From positions 33,690 to 97,689 of the forward strand of contig NW_027437459.1 in NCBI RefSeq assembly GCF_964204645.1: 64,000 nucleotides of DNA. Direction: 5' to 3'. A program made the translations under genes and the position numbers. Shown piece by piece: positions 54,001 through 64,000 of the stretch. Source of the DNA: Tubulanus polymorphus (lineage: Eukaryota > Animalia > Nemertea). The notes under the pieces are model-generated. The model was given only the letters and a program-made list of their open reading frames with translations, had not been told where the DNA came from and ran no database searches. Numbering within the stretch: position 1 is the first letter of the stretch; every line of letters starts with the position of its first letter.

Positions 54001-57000
54001 TGGCTGCCTTTGGTTCTGAAGATGATGGACTCAATCTGAAAAGATGGGTAAGGCGTATTGAACTGATTTCAAATAGATAGGTGGAAAGATTAAGAATTTT
54101 CTGGCTATTTATGCTCCTGAGGATGATGCACTCGATCTGAAATGATAGGTTAAGGTAAACTGAACTGATTTCGAGCAGATGGACTGAAAGATACAGATTT
54201 TTCTTGCAAAATAGGGTCCTAAGGATGATGAATTCTATCTTAATTGATGGGTTAGGGTGAACTGAACTGATTTCAAATAGACAGGTGGAAAGAATCAGAA
54301 TTTTCTGGCTGCCTTTGGTTCTGAAGATGATGGACTCAATCTGAAAAGATGGGCTAAGGCGTATTGAACTGATTTCAAATAGATAGGTGGAAAGATTAAG
54401 AACTTTCTGGCTATTTATGCTCCTGAAGATGATGGACTCGATCTGAAATGATAGGTTAAGGTAAACTGAACTGATTTCGAGTAGATGGACTGAAAGATAC
54501 AGATTTTTCTTGCAAAATAGGGTCCTAAAGATGATGAATTCTATCTTAATTGATGGGTTAGGGTGAACTGAACTTATTTCAAATAGATAGGTGGAAAGAA
54601 TCAGAATTTTCTGGCTGCCTTTGGTTCTGAAGATGATGGACTCAATCTGAAAAGATGGGTAAGGCGTATTGAACTGATTTCAAATAGATAGGTGGAAAGA
54701 TTAAGAATTTTCTGGCTATTTATGCTCCTGAGGATGATGCACTCGATCTGAAATGATAGGTTAAGGTAAACTGAACTGATTTCGAGCAGATGGACTGAAA
54801 GATACAGATTTTTCTTGCAAAATAGGGTCCTAAGGATGATGAATTCTATCTTAATTGATGGGTTAGGGTGAACTGAACTGATTTCAAATAGACAGGTGGA
54901 AAGAATCAGAATTTTCTGGCTGCCTTTGGTTCTGAAGATGATGGACTCAATCTGAAAAGATGGGCTAAGGCGTATTGAACTGATTTCAAATAGATAGGTG
55001 GAAAGATTAAGAACTTTCTGGCTATTTATGCTCCTGAAGATGATGGACTCGATCTGAAATGATAGGTTAAGGTAAACTGAACTGATTTCGAGTAGATGGA
55101 CTGAAAGATACAGATTTTTCTTGCAAAATAGGGTCCTAAAGATGATGAGTTCTATCTTAATTGATGGGTTAGGGTGTACTGAACTGATTTCAAATAGATA
55201 GGTGGAAAGATTAAGAATTTTCTGGTTATTTATGCTCCTGAAGATGATGGACTCGATCTGAAATGATAGGTTAAGGTAAACTGAACTGATTTCGAGTAGA
55301 TGGACTGAAAGATACAGATTTTTCTTGCAAAATAGGGTCCTAAAGATGATGAATTCTATCTTAATTGATGGGTTAGGGTGTACTGAACTGATTTCAAATA
55401 GATAGGTTGAAAGAATCAGAATTTTCTGGCTGCTTTTGGTTCTGAAGATGATGGATTCAATCTGAAAAGATGTGTTAAGGCGTATTGAACTGATTTAAAA
55501 TAGATAGGTGGAAAGATTAAGAATTTTCTGGCTATTTATGCTCCTGAAGATGATGGACTCGATCTGAAATGATAGGTTAAGGTAAACTGAACTGATTTCG
55601 AGTAGATGGACTGAAAGATACAGATTTTTTCTTGCAAAATAGGGTCCTAAAGATGATGAGTTCTATCTTAATTGATGGGTTAGGGTGTACTGAACGGATT
55701 TCAAATAGATAGGTTGAAAGATTAAGAATTTTCTGGCTATTTATGCTCCTGAAGATGATGGACTCGATCTGAAATGATAGGTTAAGGTAAACTGAACTGA
55801 TTTCGAGCAGATGGACTGAAAGATACAGATTTTTCTTGCAAAATAGGGTCCTAAAGATGATGAATTCTATCTTAATTGATGTGTTAGGGTGAACTGAACT
55901 TATTTCAAATAGATAGGTGGAAAGAATCAGAATTTTCTGGCTGCCTTTGGTTCTGAAGATGATGGACTCAATCTGAAAAGATGGGTAAGGCGTATTGAAC
56001 TGATTTCAAATAGATAGGTGGAAAGATTAAGAATTTTCTGGCTATTTATGCTCCTGAGGATGATGCACTCGATCTGAAATGATAGGTTAAGGTAAACTGA
56101 ACTGATTTCGAGCAGATGGACTGAAAGATACAGATTTTTCTTGCAAAATAGGGTCCTAAGGATGATGAATTCTATCTTAATTGATGGGTTAGGGTGAACT
56201 GAACTGATTTCAAATAGACAGGTGGAAAGAATCAGAATTTTCTGGCTGCCTTTGGTTCTGAAGATGATGGACTCAATCTGAAAAGATGGGCTAAGGCGTA
56301 TTGAACTGATTTCAAATAGATAGGTGGAAAGATTAAGAACTTTCTGGCTATTTATGCTCCTGAAGATGATGGACTCGATCTGAAATGATAGGTTAAGGTA
56401 AACTGAACTGATTTCGAGTAGATGGACTGAAAGATACAGATTTTTCTTGCAAAATAGGGTCCTAAAGATGATGAATTCTATCTTAATTGATGGGTTAGGG
56501 TGTACTGAACTGATTTCAAATAGATAGGTTGAAAGAATCAGAATTTTCTGGCTGCTTTTGGTTCTGAAGATGATGGATTCAATCTGAAAAGATGTGTTAA
56601 GGCGTATTGAACTGATTTAAAATAGATAGGTGGAAAGATTAAGAATTTTCTGGCTATTTATGCTCCAGAAGATGATTGACTCGATCTGAAATGATAGGTT
56701 AGGTAGACTGAACTGATTTCGAGTAGATGGACTGAAAGATACAGATTTTTCTTGCAAAATAGGGTCCTAAAGATGATGAGTTCTATCTTAATTGATGGGT
56801 TAGGGTGTACTGAACTGATTTCAAATAGATAGGTGGAAAGATTAAGAATTTTCTGGTTATTTATGCTCCTGAAGATGATGGACTCGATCTGAAATGATAG
56901 GTTAAGGTAAACTGAACTGATTTCGAGTAGATGGACTGAAAGATACAGATTTTTCTTGCAAAATAGGGTCCTAAAGATGATGAATTCTATCTTAATTGAT

Positions 57001-60000
57001 GGGTTAGGGTGTACTGAACTGATTTCAAATAGATAGGTTGAAAGAATCAGAATTTTCTGGCTGCTTTTTGTTCTGAAGATGATGGATTCAATCTGAAAAG
57101 ATGTGTTAAGGCGTATTGAACTGATTTCAAATAGATAGGTGTAAAGATTAAGAATTTTCTGGCTATTTATGCTCCTGAAGATGATGGACTCGATCTGAAA
57201 TGATAGGTTAAGGTAAACTGAACTGATTTCGAGTAGATGGACTGAAAGATACAGATTTTTTCTTGCAAAATAGGGTCCTAAAGATGATGAGTTCTATCTT
57301 AATTGATGGGTTAGGGTGTACTGAACGGATTTCAAATAGATAGGTTGAAAGATTAAGAATTTTCTGGCTATTTATGCTCCTGAAGATGATGGACTCGATC
57401 TGAAATGATAGGTTAAGGTAAACTGAACTGATTTCGAGCAGATGGACTGAAAGATACAGATTTTTCTTGCAAAATAGGGTCCTAAAGATGATGAATTCTA
57501 TCTTAATTGATGGGTTAGGGTGAACTGAACTTATTTCAAATAGATAGGTGGAAAGAATCAGAATTTTCTGGCTGCCTTTGGTTCTGAAGATGATGGACTC
57601 AATCTGAAAAGATGGGTAAGGCGTATTGAACTGATTTCAAATAGATAGGTGGAAAGATTAAGAATTTTCTGGCTATTTATGCTCCTGAGGATGATGCACT
57701 CGATCTGAAATGATAGGTTAAGGTAAACTGAACTGATTTCGAGCAGATGGACTGAAAGATACAGATTTTTCTTGCAAAATAGGGTCCTAAGGATGATGAA
57801 TTCTATCTTAATTGATGGGTTAGGGTGAACTGAACTGATTTCAAATAGACAGGTGGAAAGAATCAGAATTTTCTGGCTGCCTTTGGTTCTGAAGATGATG
57901 GACTCAATCTGAAAAGATGGGCTAAGGCGTATTGAACTGATTTCAAATAGATAGGTGGAAAGATTAAGAACTTTCTGGCTATTTATGCTCCTGAAGATGA
58001 TGGACTCGATCTGAAATGATAGGTTAAGGTAAACTGAACTGATTTCGAGTAGATGGACTGAAAGATACAGATTTTTCTTGCAAAATAGGGTCCTAAAGAT
58101 GATGAATTCTATCTTAATTGATGGGTTAGGGTGAACTGAACTTATTTCAAATAGATAGGTGGAAAGAATCAGAATTTTCTGGCTGCCTTTGGTTCTGAAG
58201 ATGATGGACTCAATCTGAAAAGATGGGTAAGGCGTATTGAACTGATTTCAAATAGATAGGTGGAAAGATTAAGAATTTTCTGGCTATTTATGCTCCTGAG
58301 GATGATGCACTCGATCTGAAATGATAGGTTAAGGTAAACTGAACTGATTTCGAGCAGATGGACTGAAAGATACAGATTTTTCTTGCAAAATAGGGTCCTA
58401 AGGATGATGAATTCTATCTTAATTGATGGGTTAGGGTGAACTGAACTGATTTCAAATAGACAGGTGGAAAGAATCAGAATTTTCTGGCTGCCTTTGGTTC
58501 TGAAGATGATGGACTCAATCTGAAAAGATGGGCTAAGGCGTATTGAACTGATTTCAAATAGATAGGTGGAAAGATTAAGAACTTTCTGGCTATTTATGCT
58601 CCTGAAGATGATGGACTCGATCTGAAATGATAGGTTAAGGTAAACTGAACTGATTTCGAGTAGATGGACTGAAAGATACAGATTTTTCTTGCAAAATAGG
58701 GTCCTAAAGATGATGAGTTCTATCTTAATTGATGGGTTAGGGTGTACTGAACTGATTTCAAATAGATAGGTGGAAAGATTAAGAATTTTCTGGTTATTTA
58801 TGCTCCTGAAGATGATGGACTCGATCTGAAATGATAGGTTAAGGTAAACTGAACTGATTTCGAGTAGATGGACTGAAAGATACAGATTTTTCTTGCAAAA
58901 TAGGGTCCTAAAGATGATGAATTCTATCTTAATTGATGGGTTAGGGTGTACTGAACTGATTTCAAATAGATAGGTTGAAAGAATCAGAATTTTCTGGCTG
59001 CTTTTGGTTCTGAAGATGATGGATTCAATCTGAAAAGATGTGTTAAGGCGTATTGAACTGATTTAAAATAGATAGGTGGAAAGATTAAGAATTTTCTGGC
59101 TATTTATGCTCCTGAAGATGATGGACTCGATCTGAAATGATAGGTTAAGGTAAACTGAACTGATTTCGAGTAGATGGACTGAAAGATACAGATTTTTTCT
59201 TGCAAAATAGGGTCCTAAAGATGATGAGTTCTATCTTAATTGATGGGTTAGGGTGTACTGAACGGATTTCAAATAGATAGGTTGAAAGATTAAGAATTTT
59301 CTGGCTATTTATGCTCCTGAAGATGATGGACTCGATCTGAAATGATAGGTTAAGGTAAACTGAACTGATTTCGAGCAGATGGACTGAAAGATACAGATTT
59401 TTCTTGCAAAATAGGGTCCTAAAGATGATGAATTCTATCTTAATTGATGGGTTAGGGTGAACTGAACTTATTTCAAATAGATAGGTGGAAAGAATCAGAA
59501 TTTTCTGGCTGCCTTTGGTTCTGAAGATGATGGACTCAATCTGAAAAGATGGGTAAGGCGTATTGAACTGATTTCAAATAGATAGGTGGAAAGATTAAGA
59601 ATTTTCTGGCTATTTATGCTCCTGAGGATGATGCACTCGATCTGAAATGATAGGTTAAGGTAAACTGAACTGATTTCGAGCAGATGGACTGAAAGATACA
59701 GATTTTTCTTGCAAAATAGGGTCCTAAGGATGATGAATTCCATCTTAATTGATGGGTTAGGGTGAACTGAACTGATTTCAAATAGACAGGTGGAAAGAAT
59801 CAGAATTTTCTGGCTGCCTTTGGTTCTGAAGATGATGGACTCAATCTGAAAAGATGGGCTAAGGCGTATTGAACTGATTTCAAATAGATAGGTGGAAAGA
59901 TTAAGAACTTTCTGGCTATTTATGCTCCTGAAGATGATGGACTCGATCTGAAATGATAGGTTAAGGTAAACTGAACTGATTTCGAGTAGATGGACTGAAA

Positions 60001-63000
60001 GATACAGATTTTTCTTGCAAAATAGGGTCCTAAAGATGATGAATTCTATCTTAATTGATGGGTTAGGGTGTACTGAACTGATTTCAAATAGATAGGTTGA
60101 AAGAATCAGAATTTTCTGGCTGCTTTTGGTTCTGAAGATGATGGATTCAATCTGAAAAGATGTGTTAAGGCGTATTGAACTGATTTAAAATAGATAGGTG
60201 GAAAGATTAAGAATTTTCTGGCTATTTATGCTCCAGAAGATGATTGACTCGATCTGAAATGATAGGTTAGGTAGACTGAACTGATTTCGAGTAGATGGAC
60301 TGAAAGATACAGATTTTTCTTGCAAAATAGGGTCCTAAAGATGATGAGTTCTATCTTAATTGATGGGTTAGGGTGTACTGAACTGATTTCAAATAGATAG
60401 GTGGAAAGATTAAGAATTTTCTGGTTATTTATGCTCCTGAAGATGATGGACTCGATCTGAAATGATAGGTTAAGGTAAACTGAACTGATTTCGAGTAGAT
60501 GGACTGAAAGATACAGATTTTTCTTGCAAAATAGGGTCCTAAAGATGATGAATTCTATCTTAATTGATGGGTTAGGGTGTACTGAACTGATTTCAAATAG
60601 ATAGGTTGAAAGAATCAGAATTTTCTGGCTGCTTTTTGTTCTGAAGATGATGGATTCAATCTGAAAAGATGTGTTAAGGCGTATTGAACTGATTTAAAAT
60701 AGATAGGTGGAAAGATTAAGAATTTTCTGGCTATTTATGCTCCTGAAGATGATGGACTCGATCTGAAATGATAGGTTAAGGTAAACTGAACTGATTTCGA
60801 GTAGATGGACTGAAAGATACAGATTTTTTCTTGCAAAATAGGGTCCTAAAGATGATGAGTTCTATCTTAATTGATGGGTTAGGGTGTACTGAACGGATTT
60901 CAAATAGATAGGTTGAAAGATTAAGAATTTTCTGGCTATTTATGCTCCTGAAGATGATGGACTCGATCTGAAATGATAGGTTAAGGTAAACTGAACTGAT
61001 TTCGAGCAGATGGACTGAAAGATACAGATTTTTCTTGCAAAATAGGGTCCTAAAGATGATGAATTCTATCTTAATTGATGGGTTAGGGTGAACTGAACTT
61101 ATTTCAAATAGATAGGTGGAAAGAATCAGAATTTTCTGGCTGCCTTTGGTTCTGAAGATGATGGACTCAATCTGAAAAGATGGGTAAGGCGTATTGAACT
61201 GATTTCAAATAGATAGGTGGAAAGATTAAGAATTTTCTGGCTATTTATGCTCCTGAGGATGATGCACTCGATCTGAAATGATAGGTTAAGGTAAACTGAA
61301 CTGATTTCGAGCAGATGGACTGAAAGATACAGATTTTTCTTGCAAAATAGGGTCCTAAGGATGATGAATTCTATCTTAATTGATGGGTTAGGGTGAACTG
61401 AACTGATTTCAAATAGACAGGTGGAAAGAATCAGAATTTTCTGGCTGCCTTTGGTTCTGAAGATGATGGACTCAATCTGAAAAGATGGGCTAAGGCGTAT
61501 TGAACTGATTTCAAATAGATAGGTGGAAAGATTAAGAACTTTCTGGCTATTTATGCTCCTGAAGATGATGGACTCGATCTGAAATGATAGGTTAAGGTAA
61601 ACTGAACTGATTTCGAGTAGATGGACTGAAAGATACAGATTTTTCTTGCAAAATAGGGTCCTAAAGATGATGAGTTCTATCTTAATTGATGGGTTAGGGT
61701 GTACTGAACTGATTTCAAATAGATAGGTGGAAAGATTAAGAATTTTCTGGTTATTTATGCTCCTGAAGATGATGGACTCGATCTGAAATGATAGGTTAAG
61801 GTAAACTGAACTGATTTCGAGTAGATGGACTGAAAGATACAGATTTTTCTTGCAAAATAGGGTCCTAAAGATGATGAATTCTATCTTAATTGATGGGTTA
61901 GGGTGTACTGAACTGATTTCAAATAGATAGGTTGAAAGAATCAGAATTTTCTGGCTGCTTTTGGTTCTGAAGATGATGGATTCAATCTGAAAAGATGTGT
62001 TAAGGCGTATTGAACTGATTTAAAATAGATAGGTGGAAAGATTAAGAATTTTCTGGCTATTTATGCTCCTGAAGATGATGGACTCGATCTGAAATGATAG
62101 GTTAAGGTAAACTGAACTGATTTCGAGTAGATGGACTGAAAGATACAGATTTTTTCTTGCAAAATAGGGTCCTAAAGATGATGAGTTCTATCTTAATTGA
62201 TGGGTTAGGGTGTACTGAACGGATTTCAAATAGATAGGTTGAAAGATTAAGAATTTTCTGGCTATTTATGCTCCTGAAGATGATGGACTCGATCTGAAAT
62301 GATAGGTTAAGGTAAACTGAACTGATTTCGAGCAGATGGACTGAAAGATACAGATTTTTCTTGCAAAATAGGGTCCTAAAGATGATGAATTCTATCTTAA
62401 TTGATGGGTTAGGGTGAACTGAACTTATTTCAAATAGATAGGTGGAAAGAATCAGAATTTTCTGGCTGCCTTTGGTTCTGAAGATGATGGACTCAATCTG
62501 AAAAGATGGGTAAGGCGTATTGAACTGATTTCAAATAGATAGGTGGAAAGATTAAGAATTTTCTGGCTATTTATGCTCCTGAGGATGATGCACTCGATCT
62601 GAAATGATAGGTTAAGGTAAACTGAACTGATTTCGAGCAGATGGACTGAAAGATACAGATTTTTCTTGCAAAATAGGGTCCTAAGGATGATGAATTCTAT
62701 CTTAATTGATGGGTTAGGGTGAACTGAACTGATTTCAAATAGACAGGTGGAAAGAATCAGAATTTTCTGGCTGCCTTTGGTTCTGAAGATGATGGACTCA
62801 ATCTGAAAAGATGGGCTAAGGCGTATTGAACTGATTTCAAATAGATAGGTGGAAAGATTAAGAACTTTCTGGCTATTTATGCTCCTGAAGATGATGGACT
62901 CGATCTGAAATGATAGGTTAAGGTAAACTGAACTGATTTCGAGTAGATGGACTGAAAGATACAGATTTTTCTTGCAAAATAGGGTCCTAAAGATGATGAA

Positions 63001-64000
63001 TTCTATCTTAATTGATGGGTTAGGGTGAACTGAACTTATTTCAAATAGATAGGTGGAAAGAATCAGAATTTTCTGGCTGCCTTTGGTTCTGAAGATGATG
63101 GACTCAATCTGAAAAGATGGGTAAGGCGTATTGAACTGATTTCAAATAGATAGGTGGAAAGATTAAGAATTTTCTGGCTATTTATGCTCCTGAGGATGAT
63201 GCACTCGATCTGAAATGATAGGTTAAGGTAAACTGAACTGATTTCGAGCAGATGGACTGAAAGATACAGATTTTTCTTGCAAAATAGGGTCCTAAGGATG
63301 ATGAATTCTATCTTAATTGATGGGTTAGGGTGAACTGAACTGATTTCAAATAGACAGGTGGAAAGAATCAGAATTTTCTGGCTGCCTTTGGTTCTGAAGA
63401 TGATGGACTCAATCTGAAAAGATGGGCTAAGGCGTATTGAACTGATTTCAAATAGATAGGTGGAAAGATTAAGAACTTTCTGGCTATTTATGCTCCTGAA
63501 GATGATGGACTCGATCTGAAATGATAGGTTAAGGTAAACTGAACTGATTTCGAGTAGATGGACTGAAAGATACAGATTTTTCTTGCAAAATAGGGTCCTA
63601 AAGATGATGAGTTCTATCTTAATTGATGGGTTAGGGTGTACTGAACTGATTTCAAATAGATAGGTGGAAAGATTAAGAATTTTCTGGTTATTTATGCTCC
63701 TGAAGATGATGGACTCGATCTGAAATGATAGGTTAAGGTAAACTGAACTGATTTCGAGTAGATGGACTGAAAGATACAGATTTTTCTTGCAAAATAGGGT
63801 CCTAAAGATGATGAATTCTATCTTAATTGATGGGTTAGGGTGTACTGAACTGATTTCAAATAGATAGGTTGAAAGAATCAGAATTTTCTGGCTGCTTTTG
63901 GTTCTGAAGATGATGGATTCAATCTGAAAAGATGTGTTAAGGCGTATTGAACTGATTTAAAATAGATAGGTGGAAAGATTAAGAATTTTCTGGCTATTTA
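51100..64000 (+). repeat. Haplotype domain III: homogeneous HOR built from 6-, 13- and 16-monomer modules
   Basis: Markers seen only here: 'gatgggtaaggcg' (1-bp deletion; 52720, 54046, 54657, 55983, 57614, 58225, 59551, 61182, 62508, 63119), 'aaatagacagg', 'aagaactttctgg' and 'gctccagaag' (51771, 56665, 60233). Confidence 0.85.
53600..61660 (+). repeat. Tandem duplication with 3568-bp offset (35 monomers = 6+13+16)
   Basis: Marker pairs 54046/57614, 54657/58225, 55983/59551, 57614/61182, 56665/60233 and 57063/60631 are all offset 3568. Confidence 0.88.

Larger units (their letters stand above)
1..64000 (+). repeat. Tandem satellite DNA array, 102-bp monomer, about 627 copies, all head-to-tail in one orientation; open at both window ends
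   Basis: The anchor 'tgaactgatt' recurs every 102 bp (8, 110, 213, 315, 417, 519 ... 63948). The span 63940 bp equals 627x102 - 14, so net indel drift is small. No non-repeat sequence was seen. Confidence 0.98.

Noticed and set aside
1-64000. CRISPR array
   Set aside because: There are no unique spacers; the entire period is repeated and there are no cas genes.
63941-64000. The last 60 bp are identical to the first 60 bp, resembling a circular-contig terminal overlap
   Set aside because: This is expected by chance in a homogeneous 102-bp array. The same 60-mer also occurs internally, e.g. at 5101.
1-64000. Embedded transposon, inversion, tRNA/5S-derived unit or CENP-B box
   Set aside because: I saw no unique insert or reverse-oriented monomer. 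The consensuses show no recognisable Pol III A/B boxes and no TTCG-N4-A-N2-CGGG motif.

Overview
The whole 64-kb window is one uninterrupted, single-orientation tandem satellite array of about 627 monomers of 102 bp. It is about 35% GC, and G exceeds C roughly 2.3:1 on the + strand. I saw no unique sequence, inversion, transposon, RNA gene or credible protein-coding gene. There are three diverged monomer types: A, B and C, with C split into subtypes C1 and C2. Hand-aligned identities are A-B 77/102, A-C1 85/102 and B-C1 76/102. They follow an almost strict grammar of ABC (306 bp) and AB (204 bp) units. Rare shared variants reveal nested higher-order duplications at offsets of 6, 11, 13, 15, 16, 18, 35, 48, 50, 73, 78, 91, 94 and 126 monomers. 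They also define three haplotype domains (about 1-14.6 kb, 14.6-49.6 kb and 51-64 kb), with a short relic segment near 49.7-50.9 kb that matches the start of the window. The long minus-strand ORFs arise because 102 = 34 x 3 and one frame of the consensus has no stop codon. The array looks like eukaryotic centromeric, pericentromeric or subtelomeric satellite DNA, but I cannot identify the organism or repeat family from sequence alone.
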